64,000 bases of DNA from an archaeon GW2011_AR15 (GTDB lineage Archaea; Nanobdellota; Nanobdellia; Woesearchaeales; GW2011-AR15), in assembly GCA_000830295.1 (NCBI GenBank), contig CP010425.1, positions 480,001 to 544,000 of the forward strand. Direction: 5' to 3'. The position numbers and the translations under genes are program-made. Positions 19,016 through 29,029 of this stretch are shown in pieces. The notes under the pieces are model-generated. The model searched no databases and was not told where the DNA came from. It worked only from the letters and a program-made list of their open reading frames with translations. Every line of letters begins with the position of its first letter. Position 1 is the first letter of the stretch.

Positions 19016-20080
19016 CTAATTTCTTTTAAGATTGTTTGCAACCTCAAGAACTTCCTCAGCAGCCTCCATGCACGTCCCTATTTTCCCTGAGAAAACAGTA
19101 ATTATCTTTTCATTTACCTGTTCCACCATGGTTGGCCTGGCATCATCATGCTCCCTGTATGGGAGCACAGTCCTGTAAGTATACATTGAACCAATATGTT
19201 CTGCTTTGTTTATTCCAGGAAAGAACTCTTCGGCCGCCCCCATAAAATTTTTTATTTTGGTTGCCGGTGGATTTTTTATTATTCCATTATTCAGCAGCTT
19301 CTCAAATCCTCTGGGAACTTCCGGAAGCTTTCCAATGGTTCTCTGGTGTATGGCATGCACGACGTTTCCCATTGCATGATATTCAGTATCGCTGTAAGGG
19401 TCTATGCACATGAAAGGCCCATCAAGTATAACTACGCTCTTTTTACTGAATTTTTTTGGCAGTTTGAGAATAGGTTTTTCACACAGTTCATACTGGTACT
19501 CCTTTTTTGCTTTAGGAAATTTGTCAAGGAGAGCATTATTCCTGGAGTATGTTGTAATGATTATCAAATTATATTTTTCAATATCAGCCATGCTGACTCT
19601 CTTGTTCAATTTTACATTTACCTTATGCTTTTTCAGGTAATTCCAGCAAATCTCTCTCAGTTTCTTTGGATCAAAAAGGTCCTCCCTTACCCCGACAGAA
19701 AGCCCAATTTTATCGTTGTTAACTATATCTAAATCAGTTTTTTCATATTCCAGCCCGCATTCATCCCATATTTTAAGGCATTCTTCAGGAGAGGATAGAG
19801 AATTTTCATTGGCCACGCAGTAATAATGCCCTATATCATGATTCATAATAGAGCCGCCATATGCTCTTTTGAACCCTGACTCTCCCTTTATAGACATCAG
19901 GACAGTTTCCCTGCTTCTGGGATAATGATATCCCCTGTGGAGCCTGTACTGGTTTATTCCTGAAGCCGCCTGCAGGATATCTCCTTTCTCCTCAAATAAA
20001 TCCACAGGATATCCGTTTTTGGCAAGCAGCCATGCTGCTGAAACGCCAAAAATACCAGCCCCGACAATGGCGATTCTCAT
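19016..20080 (-). CDS. FAD-dependent oxidoreductase (DAO-like)
   Basis: IAIVGAGIFG dinucleotide fold, ASGINQYRLHRGYHYPRS, DGPF and SGKI motifs. Confidence 0.85.
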   Translation of the reverse strand: MRIAIVGAGIFGVSAAWLLAKNGYPVDLFEEKGDILQAASGINQYRLHRGYHYPRSRETVLMSIKGESGFKRAYGGSIMNHDIGHYYCVANENSLSSPEECLKIWDECGLEYEKTDLDIVNNDKIGLSVGVREDLFDPKKLREICWNYLKKHKVNVKLNKRVSMADIEKYNLIIITTYSRNNALLDKFPKAKKEYQYELCEKPILKLPKKFSKKSVVILDGPFMCIDPYSDTEYHAMGNVVHAIHQRTIGKLPEVPRGFEKLLNNGIIKNPPATKIKNFMGAAEEFFPGINKAEHIGSMYTYRTVLPYREHDDARPTMVEQVNEKIITVFSGKIGTCMEAAEEVLEVANNLKRN

Positions 20081-20159
20081 ACTTTGCAAGATATGGTGTT
20101 TTTTATTAAACCTTTCTATAGCAGGTAAATATTTAAGTGGCTAATTTATTACTGGTTAC

Positions 20160-21347
20160 ATGTCCAGGATATTTATTATTGTCAGAGATTTTAGGGAGAA
20201 TAGCGGATCATACTCCGGCATGGTTGAAAAATTTTCTAAACATGCCTCAAAGAAAGGCTACAAAATAGTTATTTTGTGTGCTAGAACATCAGAAGGACTT
20301 GCATCATCCGAAAATCTAGAGTATGCAGAAGTCATCCGCTTCCCTCTAAACTCGTTCAGGATTGCAGGGATAGGAATGAATAATGATTACCTCGTGCTGG
20401 CAAAACATGTCAAAGAATACTTTTCAAAAACACATACTGAGAAAGAAGATATCATACTGGCAAATGGAAGAGCAGCGCTAGGTCTAAAAGGACGTAAATA
20501 CATTCTTAGAGTTGGTCAACCGGCGTTATATTTTCTTGAGAGTTTGGAGATTGCAAAAGAAAACACATCTCTTTTAACGAGGGCAGCAAGACAGATACAT
20601 TTTAGGTTTCAGTTATACCTGGAAAGGACGGCTTTTAGAAATGCAGAAGCCTACATCTTTTCTTCCATGGAAAGTATGAATCTAAACATTAAATACTACG
20701 ACGGGAAGAGAAAACCATATTTTATACCTATATCAGGAACCAATTATGAAAATTTGAAATCAACCAATAAGGGAAGGAAAAAAGAGAAGACAATCCTCTT
20801 TATTTCAGCTGGAAGCGGAGAGAAAATCCGAAAAGGTACAATTCATCTAGAACAGGCATTGCCAGGCATTTTTTCAGAATATAATGGTGTTTCCTTAACA
20901 CATGTTGGAACACCCTTTGAATGGAATCTTCCTGGCTGGTGCAAAAAAAGAATTAATTCAGTAGGAAGAGTTCCTTGGTCGGAAATCAATAATTATTATA
21001 GAACTTCAGACATAGTGGTAATCCCCTCCCTCTATGAGATTATACCCAATGTTCTTCTGGAAGCAATGTCTGCAGGGGGAAAAATTCTTGTTGGGAACAT
21101 GTGCGGAGTAAGCGAATATGTCAGTCATAAAGAGTCCGGATATATTTTTCAACGCGGGAATGTAGAATCACTAAAAACAGGACTTAGATATTTCCTGGAT
21201 AATCCAGATAAAACAAAAAAATTCGGTTCAATAGCACGGAAAAAAGCCGCAAGGATATCGTATGAGAATTATTCTAAAAACCTCCTAAACTTTCTTGTGT
21301 CTGTAAACAACGGCCAAAAACCGAATATAAACCTTCTCGAGGGATAA
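20160..21347 (+). CDS. Glycosyltransferase family 4 (GT-B)
   Basis: EKIRKG and PSLYEIIPNVLLEAMSAG (Ex7E). Confidence 0.9.
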   Translation: MSRIFIIVRDFRENSGSYSGMVEKFSKHASKKGYKIVILCARTSEGLASSENLEYAEVIRFPLNSFRIAGIGMNNDYLVLAKHVKEYFSKTHTEKEDIILANGRAALGLKGRKYILRVGQPALYFLESLEIAKENTSLLTRAARQIHFRFQLYLERTAFRNAEAYIFSSMESMNLNIKYYDGKRKPYFIPISGTNYENLKSTNKGRKKEKTILFISAGSGEKIRKGTIHLEQALPGIFSEYNGVSLTHVGTPFEWNLPGWCKKRINSVGRVPWSEINNYYRTSDIVVIPSLYEIIPNVLLEAMSAGGKILVGNMCGVSEYVSHKESGYIFQRGNVESLKTGLRYFLDNPDKTKKFGSIARKKAARISYENYSKNLLNFLVSVNNGQKPNINLLEG

Positions 21348-21381
21348 GATTTAAATAATGTTTTAGGTTTAGGTTTTTCAG

Positions 21382-22350
21382 ATGCAAAAAGTGCTTGTAA
21401 TCGGGGGTGCAGGATTCATTGGGTCTTTTATAGCAAGAGCCTTAGTTGAAAGAAAAATAGATGTTACAATATTTGACTCCTTTTACCAATATCTTCCAAA
21501 ACTTGTTCCTGACGAAAATAAGATACTGGCACAGGAAAATAGGTTTAAGGATATAGAAGGCAAAATTAAGGTTATTAGGGGCAATGCTGCAAATTATGGA
21601 GAAGTAAGGAGGGCAATTGAAGAGCAGGACCCGGACTGCATAATACACCTTGCAGGACTCCCATTAGCGAACAAATCGAATATCTATATCGAAGAATCGC
21701 TTGAGGGTGTGAAAGCTACAGGATGCATACTGCAGGTCATAAAAGACACAGGAAAGAAAATAAAATTTATCTACACCTCGTCAAGCACAGTGTACGGCGA
21801 TTTTGTATATCAGCCGGCAGATGAGGATCACCCCAAAAATCCGAGGGGAGTATATGCAGGGGTTAAGCTTGCAGGAGAACATATTACCTCATCATTCTGC
21901 CGCCAGTTTAACATTTCATATGTAATAATCAGGCCGAGCGGAGTTTATGGGCCGACAGACATAAATGAAAGGGTTGTGCAGAAATTCATAGAAAATGCAA
22001 TTGAGGGAAAGGAGATTGTCGTAAAAGACCCGACAAATATGATAGACTTCACATATGTGAAAGACCTTGCCGAAGGATATGCCCTTGCAGTTATAAAAGA
22101 AGAAGCCAATAACGAAACTTTTAACATTACTTGCGGCCAGGGAAGAACACTTGGTGAGCTTGCAGAGATAATAAAGAAGCATTTCCCGAAAACTAAATTG
22201 AAGATTGATGAGGCAGACAAAGACCTTCCAAGAAGAGGCGGGCTTAGCATAGAGAGAGCGAAAAAGAAGCTTGGGTATGTACCAAAATATCCACTCGAAA
22301 AAGGAATTGAGGAATATATTGTGTATTATAAGAGAAATGTCAGAAAATAA
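21382..22350 (+). CDS. NAD-dependent epimerase/dehydratase
   Basis: GGAGFIG, SSSTVYG, YAGVK, RPSGVYGP and DFTYVKD motifs. Confidence 0.9.
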   Translation: MQKVLVIGGAGFIGSFIARALVERKIDVTIFDSFYQYLPKLVPDENKILAQENRFKDIEGKIKVIRGNAANYGEVRRAIEEQDPDCIIHLAGLPLANKSNIYIEESLEGVKATGCILQVIKDTGKKIKFIYTSSSTVYGDFVYQPADEDHPKNPRGVYAGVKLAGEHITSSFCRQFNISYVIIRPSGVYGPTDINERVVQKFIENAIEGKEIVVKDPTNMIDFTYVKDLAEGYALAVIKEEANNETFNITCGQGRTLGELAEIIKKHFPKTKLKIDEADKDLPRRGGLSIERAKKKLGYVPKYPLEKGIEEYIVYYKRNVRK

Positions 22351-23479
22351 AGTACCATTATGCAGGCCAGAAATTGGAGAAAAAGAGATAGAGGAGATAA
22401 AAAGAGTTCTGGATTCCGGCTGGCTGGCGCATGGTCCCAAGGTAAAAGAATTTGAAAAAAAATTTGCCGAATATATCGGTGTGAAGTATGCGGTTTCCCT
22501 CAATTCCTGTGCATCAGCCCTTCAGGCTGCAATAATGGCAAAAAACCTGAAGGGAGAGATAATTCTTCCTTCTTTTACCTTTCCTGCCTCAGCCAATGCA
22601 ATAATCAATGCAGGATGTATTCCAGTATTTGCAGAGATAAGAAAAGACACAATGAACATAGATATTTCCGATGTAGAGAAGAAAATCACTTTAAGAACAG
22701 TTGGCATAATGCCAGTCCATTTTGCAGGTCAAAGCTGTGAAATGGATAAGATAATGGAGCTTGCAAAAAAACACAATATGACGATCATAGAAGATTCTGC
22801 AGAAGCAATAGGAACAACATATACTGGCAAAAAAACAGGAGCTTTTGGAGAGGGATGTTTTAGCTTTTACCCGACAAAAAATATAACCACGGCAGAGGGA
22901 GGCATGGTTACCACAAACAGCAAAGAAACTGCCGAGATGGTACAGACTATAAGGGGGCACGGAGTAAGCAAGGGCGCATATGAAAGGGAACATGCTGAAA
23001 AGCCATGGATAAGAATGGCAACAATGCCGGGATATAATTTCAGGATGAATGAGATACAGGCCGTGCTTGGTATTGAACAATTGAAAATCCTGGATGAACT
23101 CAATGAAAAGAGAAGAAAGAATGCTCAATATCTGAACCGAGGATTATCTCGGTATAGGGAAATAACAACACCATATGAAGATAAGAAAGGAAAGCACACA
23201 TACCAGATGTATGTAATTCAGCTTGATGAAAAAATAGATAGGGATGCTTTTGTAATATATTTGAGAAATAACGGCGTGGAAGCAAATGTCCATTTCTTTC
23301 CCGGAGTCCATCAGCATCCGTATTATGAAAAAACATTTGGGAAAAAGAGTCTGCCAGTAACAGAATCAATTTCTAGAATAGTTGCTACACTACCGATGTT
23401 TCCATCGATGACAAAGAAGCAAATGGATATAATAATTGAGAAAGTTGGAGAAGCCCTGAAAACAGCAAGATGGCATTAA
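22337..23479 (+). CDS. DegT/DnrJ sugar aminotransferase
   Basis: PVHFAGQ, EDSAEA, SFYPTKNITTAEGG and GYNFRM motifs. Start placed at MSENK. Confidence 0.92.
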   Translation: MSENKVPLCRPEIGEKEIEEIKRVLDSGWLAHGPKVKEFEKKFAEYIGVKYAVSLNSCASALQAAIMAKNLKGEIILPSFTFPASANAIINAGCIPVFAEIRKDTMNIDISDVEKKITLRTVGIMPVHFAGQSCEMDKIMELAKKHNMTIIEDSAEAIGTTYTGKKTGAFGEGCFSFYPTKNITTAEGGMVTTNSKETAEMVQTIRGHGVSKGAYEREHAEKPWIRMATMPGYNFRMNEIQAVLGIEQLKILDELNEKRRKNAQYLNRGLSRYREITTPYEDKKGKHTYQMYVIQLDEKIDRDAFVIYLRNNGVEANVHFFPGVHQHPYYEKTFGKKSLPVTESISRIVATLPMFPSMTKKQMDIIIEKVGEALKTARWH

Positions 23480-23910
23480 TCATAAAAGAAATTGACGTTG
23501 ATATTACAAAAACACAGTTTGAGCATATTAAAAATCTTCTGATACAGCTTTATCCGAAAAATATGCCGCTCAGCTATCAGAGTTACAGAAATACACTCTT
23601 GGAAAATAAAATACGTGTTTTTTCAGCAGAAGAAAATAACAGAATAATAGCTATTGCAACATTAGTCATCTATAAGAAGCTTGGTGGCATTGTTGCGACT
23701 ATAGAAGATGTAGTAGTTGATAATTCAGAAAGAGGAAAAGGCGTAGGCACAAAACTGACCAGAAAACTGCTTGAAGAGGCAAAAAAAGCAGGGGTTAATT
23801 TTGTGGATGTAAACACAAGAAGACCGGATGCAAAGGCATTCTATGAGAAGTTGGGATTTACAGATAAAACGAAAGATAGGCCATTTTATTCGCTGAGATA
23901 TTATTTTTGA
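23470..23910 (+). CDS. GNAT N-acetyltransferase (GNA1-like)
   Basis: IEDVVVDNSERGKGVG (motif A) and FYEKLGF. Confidence 0.88.
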   Translation: MALIIKEIDVDITKTQFEHIKNLLIQLYPKNMPLSYQSYRNTLLENKIRVFSAEENNRIIAIATLVIYKKLGGIVATIEDVVVDNSERGKGVGTKLTRKLLEEAKKAGVNFVDVNTRRPDAKAFYEKLGFTDKTKDRPFYSLRYYF

Positions 23911-23947
23911 GAAACAATTTATAAATTTTGACATACTTCGGCTTCTT

Positions 23948-24418
23948 ATGAACTTGTTAAATTCAGAAATAATAGAAAAAACGCTGCAGGAAGCAAGAAA
24001 GTCAGAGAGGGGAAGAGCCATATTTTGTTTTCACAAAAAAACAGACGGACTTCAGAGAATGGTAAATGCGGTTCTGAAAGAGACATATTTAAGGCCGCAT
24101 AAGCATGAAAATCCAGATAAACTCGAGATTTTCTCTATAGTGAAAGGAAAAGTGGCAATTTTAACCTTTGACGATTCCGGAAGAATAAACGAAAAAAGGA
24201 TACTTGATGAAAACGACGAGATAAAAATAGCAGAAATCCCACCAAAAACATGGCATAATTTCGTTGTACTAAGCAAAGAAGCAGTGCTATATGAGATTAT
24301 TGATGGTAAATACAACCCAAAGACGCATAAAAAAGAAGCTAAATGGGCTCCTGAAGAAAACACACCAGCAGCAAAGATTTATCTAACTAGATTAAGGAAA
24401 GAGACCAACAATGGTTAA
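23948..24418 (+). CDS. WbuC-family cupin-fold metalloprotein
   Basis: QRMVNA, YLRPHKH..PDKLE, IPPKTWH, YEI..G.Y and AKWAPEE motifs. Confidence 0.85.
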   Translation: MNLLNSEIIEKTLQEARKSERGRAIFCFHKKTDGLQRMVNAVLKETYLRPHKHENPDKLEIFSIVKGKVAILTFDDSGRINEKRILDENDEIKIAEIPPKTWHNFVVLSKEAVLYEIIDGKYNPKTHKKEAKWAPEENTPAAKIYLTRLRKETNNG

Positions 24419-25589
24419 AAAGATGTATATATTGGCTCAGGGATTTGCTGAAAACGGCGGAAGCTTTTTTGGTTTTGTTGAGGAAATTGCCAAGGCATTT
24501 TCAGGAAAGAGGTATGCAGTCAAAATCCTGTGCAGAAAGATGCAAAAAGCCGAAAAAAATTATGAGAGATTTTCATACGCAGAGGTCTACAGATTTCAGT
24601 TTTCCAAATTTCCATTCTTCAATGCAATTGCAGAAGAGCTGCTCTTCGCTTTCAAAGTAAACAGCTTCCTTAAGAAAGACAATTTTCAAGAAGGAGAGAT
24701 TATAATAGCAAATGGGCTTACGCCACTTGGACTGAAGAAAAGATATATTCTCAGAGCACCTGACCAACCTGTACTTACATTTCTCAAAAATATGGCCTTG
24801 GCGTCAAAATATACTCCATTTATTTCCAGAATAGCAAGAGCACTTCATTTTCACATTTTTTACTTCATGGATAAAAGAGTAATAAGAAATGCCACTGCAG
24901 TGATATATTCATCAGAAGCAAACAGACAAGAAAACATAAAACAATATGGCGTTGTTGGGAAACCGTACTTCATCCCAAACAAAGGCATTGACATATCTTA
25001 TTTTAAACATATTCCAAAAAAGAAAAAATCAAGAAAATTACTGTTTGTTGCTCACCGAGATGAGAAAATAAGGAAAGGAGCAATATATCTTGAGAGAATA
25101 TTGCCAAAACTATTTACAAAGTATCCCGATGCGGAGCTCACACATGTTGGAGAAAAATCTCTTTGGGATGTGCCTGATTGGTGCAGAAAAAGAATAAACT
25201 CAACCGGTAAAGTACCAAAAGATAAAATGAGAGAATACTACATGGCATCAGACATACTTGTGTTTTGTGCTCTCAACGAGGGAATTCCGGCAACGATAAT
25301 GGAAGCAATGGCGTCAAAACTGCCTATTGTAACCAGTGATATAGAAGGCGTTGGAGAATATATCGAGCATATGAAAGGAGGGTATATTTACAAAAGAGGA
25401 GATGCAAAAGGATTGTTGTCCGGAATTTCATATATGTTGGATAATCCTGAAAAAAGCATGAAAATGGCAGAGAATTCTTTTGAAAAAATAAAATCTCTTG
25501 ATAGTAAGAAATATTATCCTCTTCTTTTGAAATTTGCTGAAGATATATATGCAGGCAAACCAGAGAGTAAAGATATACTTAACTCATAA
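24411..25589 (+). CDS. Glycosyltransferase family 4, paralogue of 20160..21347
   Basis: EKIRKG, WCRKRINSTG and EGIPATIMEAMAS. Confidence 0.9.
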   Translation: MVKKMYILAQGFAENGGSFFGFVEEIAKAFSGKRYAVKILCRKMQKAEKNYERFSYAEVYRFQFSKFPFFNAIAEELLFAFKVNSFLKKDNFQEGEIIIANGLTPLGLKKRYILRAPDQPVLTFLKNMALASKYTPFISRIARALHFHIFYFMDKRVIRNATAVIYSSEANRQENIKQYGVVGKPYFIPNKGIDISYFKHIPKKKKSRKLLFVAHRDEKIRKGAIYLERILPKLFTKYPDAELTHVGEKSLWDVPDWCRKRINSTGKVPKDKMREYYMASDILVFCALNEGIPATIMEAMASKLPIVTSDIEGVGEYIEHMKGGYIYKRGDAKGLLSGISYMLDNPEKSMKMAENSFEKIKSLDSKKYYPLLLKFAEDIYAGKPESKDILNS

Positions 25590-25626
25590 AATGATCATAC
25601 GTTTAGAAAACAGGGGAAACAACAAT

Positions 25627-26628
25627 TTATTGATTCAGCTCACCTTTTATTATTCTTGTAGATGACAGTCCAGGCAGAAGCTTTACAATGTGGATGCTCC
25701 CGCCATGTTTCTTTATGGTAGACGCTTCCACGCAATCCTTGCCGTATTCTGACCCATTTACATGGACATCGGGTCTTATTTTTTCCAAGAGCCTGACAGG
25801 CGTGGTTTCGTTGAACACAGTTACATAATCTACTTCCATGTAGTTAGCCATCATTTTTTGCCGGGACAATTCATTGTTTAATGGCCTGTCATTGCCCTTG
25901 TTCTGCCTGACAGAGGAATCAGAATTGACAGCTATTATAAGCACATCTCCCTGTTTTTTTGCCTCTGAGACTATATAATCATGACCCTCATGGAGAATAT
26001 CAAAGGTGCCATTCAGTGTAACAATTCTTTTTCCTGTGCTTTTTAATTTGATTGAAATCTCTACTAATTTTTTGCTGTCTACGATTTTGTCATAATCAGA
26101 GAATTTAAGGAAGTCAGCGGCTCTTGACAGATTCCCGGCGATGTAGCTTGGATTTTTTTCTCTGGCTACTGCTAATTGCGATGGACCGAGGCCAGTCAGC
26201 AAAAAAACAGATTTCATTCCAGAATTAATGCCCAGCACAATATCTGAGGCTTTGTCGCCTATGACCCATGAAGAAACCAAATCCAGTTGATATTTGTCTC
26301 TGGCATCACGGATCATTTTTGGCTTTGGCTTCCTGCATGCGCAATTGTCTTCTGGAGCATGGGGGCAGAAATATACCCTTTCTATATTGATATTGTGTGC
26401 AGACAGCACATGCAATAATTTATTGTTATAGGATTCCATATCTTCTTTTGAAAAAATCCCCCTGGCTATGCCGCTTTGGTTTGTGACAATGAAAAGTTTA
26501 TATGTTTTTAACTTTTCTAATCCTTCTATGACACCTGGAAGAAGGGCAAAATCCTCAACTCGGTGAGAAAAACCAATGTCTCTGGTTAATGTTCCATCCC
26601 TGTCAAGAAACACAGCGCTATTGCTCAT
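25627..26628 (-). CDS. Fusion: heptose-1,7-bisphosphate phosphatase (GmhB) + heptose-1-phosphate adenylyltransferase (HldC/RfaE-II)
   Basis: N-terminal FLDRDGTL, TNQSGIARG, CPH...CACRKP and GDKASD. C-terminal NGTFDILHEGH, NSDSSVRQNKG..RP, FNETTP and GLSST. Confidence 0.9.
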   Translation of the reverse strand: MSNSAVFLDRDGTLTRDIGFSHRVEDFALLPGVIEGLEKLKTYKLFIVTNQSGIARGIFSKEDMESYNNKLLHVLSAHNINIERVYFCPHAPEDNCACRKPKPKMIRDARDKYQLDLVSSWVIGDKASDIVLGINSGMKSVFLLTGLGPSQLAVAREKNPSYIAGNLSRAADFLKFSDYDKIVDSKKLVEISIKLKSTGKRIVTLNGTFDILHEGHDYIVSEAKKQGDVLIIAVNSDSSVRQNKGNDRPLNNELSRQKMMANYMEVDYVTVFNETTPVRLLEKIRPDVHVNGSEYGKDCVEASTIKKHGGSIHIVKLLPGLSSTRIIKGELNQ

Positions 26629-27583
26629 TTTTCAGGCTTTGACGAAGCTCATCAAGCATCACAGGAGCAGTGCCTATTTTAGTGACTTTCACGCCAGCAC
26701 AATGGTTGGAAATTATTGCAGCATCATAAAGCGCTGCTCCAGAAGCGATAGATAATGCAAGTGCAGCAACAGCGGTGTCGCCAGCACCAGACACATCAAA
26801 AACTTCTTTTGCCAGGGTTGGTATCTGAATTATGCTTTTTCCCTTTTCAAAAATTGCCATTCCTTTTGCTCCTAGTGTGATTATTACATTGCTTTGGAAT
26901 AGCTCTATCAACTTATTTCCTGCCCTTTGCAGATCCTCAGGATTATCAAGATGGATGCCTGTCATCTCCTCTGCTTCCTTCCTGTTGGTCTTGATAAGGT
27001 AGGCGCCTTTGAAATAATTCTTGTGTCTGGGCTTCGGATCCGCAATTAAAGGAATATTTTTCTTGTTACAATAACTGACTAATTCTGATGCAAGTTGCTG
27101 GGTCAATACCCCTTTAGCATAATCCGAGACTATCACTGCATCTGGATTATTAATCCCGACGGCATTTAATACCAACTTCTTGCTTATCCCATGCTCAATC
27201 GGCTCTCTTGATTCATAATCTATCCTTACTATCTGCTGTTTCTGGCCAATTACCCTGATTTTCTGGGTCGTGGGCCTGTTAGATGAAAAAACTACGCCCC
27301 CGACATCAATGTGATTTTCGTCAGCACATTTCATAAATATATCTTTAGCAGCATCCTGCCCTAAAACACCCAATAAAAATGCCTTGCCGGAGAGCGTCAC
27401 GATATTGTTTGCAGTATTGGCAGCGCCCCCTAGCACATATTTCTCGTCACTGACATCGATAATGGGAACTGGAGCCTCCTGGGAAATCCTGTCTGCTCCT
27501 CCAAAAATATATTTATCAAGCATCAGGTCGCCTACTACCAGAATCCTTTTTTTAGAGAATTCCTTTAGATATTTTTCATACAT
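26618..27583 (-). CDS. hldA: D-glycero-beta-D-manno-heptose-7-phosphate kinase (RfaE domain I)
   Basis: GDLMLDKY, RISQEAPVP, GGAANTA, SDYAKG, DPK and EVFDVSGAGDT (PfkB) motifs. Confidence 0.93.
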   Translation of the reverse strand: MYEKYLKEFSKKRILVVGDLMLDKYIFGGADRISQEAPVPIIDVSDEKYVLGGAANTANNIVTLSGKAFLLGVLGQDAAKDIFMKCADENHIDVGGVVFSSNRPTTQKIRVIGQKQQIVRIDYESREPIEHGISKKLVLNAVGINNPDAVIVSDYAKGVLTQQLASELVSYCNKKNIPLIADPKPRHKNYFKGAYLIKTNRKEAEEMTGIHLDNPEDLQRAGNKLIELFQSNVIITLGAKGMAIFEKGKSIIQIPTLAKEVFDVSGAGDTAVAALALSIASGAALYDAAIISNHCAGVKVTKIGTAPVMLDELRQSLKNEQ

Positions 27584-28469
27584 GTATCATCACTGAATAT
27601 TCTTTTATAGCATCGGCAAGCTTATGCACAGCCTTGAATCCCAGGTATTTCTCAGCTCTATGTGTATCAGCCTGTGTGTGCATCTGATATGTTTTAAGGT
27701 CATATGGAACATCTATGTATTCCGGCTCAATATCTGTTCCCAGTGCCTCTTGTATCATGCTGTATAGTTCCTTGAATGATGTTGCTATGCCTGTGCCCAC
27801 ATTATAGATCCCGGCCCGGGAATCCAGTGCCAAAAGATTTGCCCTTACAACATCTTTGACATAAATATGGTCCCTCTTCTGTTCGCCCCACTTGAAAAGC
27901 TTTGGCTTTTTGCCTTCTTTAATCTGCCTAATCAGGTGGTAAATCATGGAGGCCGGCCTTCCTTTGTGGAGCTCATTTGGGCCGAAAACATTAAAATACC
28001 TCAAACCAACAATGTGCATATCATCAAAATGGTATGTAGCCATCTCGTCCATAATCAGTTTTGACTGGGCGTAAGCGCTTTGTATATCCTTTTCCTGATC
28101 TTCTTTTTGCGGAGTCGGGCTGTTCCCGTATATGCTGGCACTTGAGGCGTAGATAAGTTTTGCATTGCTACCTTTTGCCAATTTAAGCATATTCTTGAAT
28201 CCGTTGATATTTTTCCTAATGGTTTCTTCATCATTTCCATATCTTGGGTCAGTAATTGCTGCCTGGTGGAATATTGCATCAAATTTTTCTTTTATTGACA
28301 ACTGGCCTGACAGGTCTTCATTAATGAATTTTCCTTTCAACCCTTTCAGATTATCTTCATGGCCGGAAAGCAAATTATCAATTACAACTACCGAATGCCC
28401 CAGCTTCTCAATCTCGAGTGCAATATTTGATCCTATGAAACCTGCCCCGCCTGTGACAAGACATTTCAT
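27576..28469 (-). CDS. hldD: ADP-L-glycero-D-manno-heptose 6-epimerase
   Basis: TGGAGFIGSN, FHQAAITD, YASSAS.YG, YAQSK, GLRYFNVFGPNELHKG..ASM and YQ.HTQAD motifs. Confidence 0.88.
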   Translation of the reverse strand: MKCLVTGGAGFIGSNIALEIEKLGHSVVVIDNLLSGHEDNLKGLKGKFINEDLSGQLSIKEKFDAIFHQAAITDPRYGNDEETIRKNINGFKNMLKLAKGSNAKLIYASSASIYGNSPTPQKEDQEKDIQSAYAQSKLIMDEMATYHFDDMHIVGLRYFNVFGPNELHKGRPASMIYHLIRQIKEGKKPKLFKWGEQKRDHIYVKDVVRANLLALDSRAGIYNVGTGIATSFKELYSMIQEALGTDIEPEYIDVPYDLKTYQMHTQADTHRAEKYLGFKAVHKLADAIKEYSVMIHV

Positions 28470-29029
28470 TTTAAAGCTTCCCTCTCAACAAGTTCACAGA
28501 TAATGTGGTAGGCTGTCATATGGCATTCCTGAATTCTTGCAGTCTCTTTTGCCGGGCAATTTATATTATAATCACTCATTGCCTTAAGTTTCCCGCCGTC
28601 CCTTCCAGTCAGAGAGATATTTACAGTCCCTATTTCCTTTCCCCTGGCAAAGGCATTGAGTACATTTTGAGAATTTCCAGAGGTGGATATGCCAAGCAAT
28701 ATATCTGAAGGAGATGCAAGCGCCTCAACCTGGCGCGAGAAAACCCGATTATAATCATAGTCGTTTGATACAGCAGTCAATATTGAACTGTCTGTGGTCA
28801 AAGCAATTGCAGGCAGGCCCTTTCTTTCAAGCTTGTATCTTCCGACAAGCTCCGCAGCAATATGCTGTGAATCAGCAGCCGAGCCCCCGTTTCCGAATAT
28901 CAGAATTTTATTGCCTCTCATTAATGCCTCACTGATTACATTGCTTATCTTCTCAAGCATGTCTGCCTGGCTGAAAAGCTCATTCTTGGCAGCGATAGAT
29001 TCCTGAATAATATCTTTAATTGATTGCAT
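28466..29029 (-). CDS. gmhA: Sedoheptulose-7-phosphate isomerase
   Basis: GNGGSAADSQHIAAELVGRY, NDY, STSGNS.N and TARIQECH motifs. Start placed at MQSIKD. Confidence 0.96.
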   Translation of the reverse strand: MQSIKDIIQESIAAKNELFSQADMLEKISNVISEALMRGNKILIFGNGGSAADSQHIAAELVGRYKLERKGLPAIALTTDSSILTAVSNDYDYNRVFSRQVEALASPSDILLGISTSGNSQNVLNAFARGKEIGTVNISLTGRDGGKLKAMSDYNINCPAKETARIQECHMTAYHIICELVEREALK

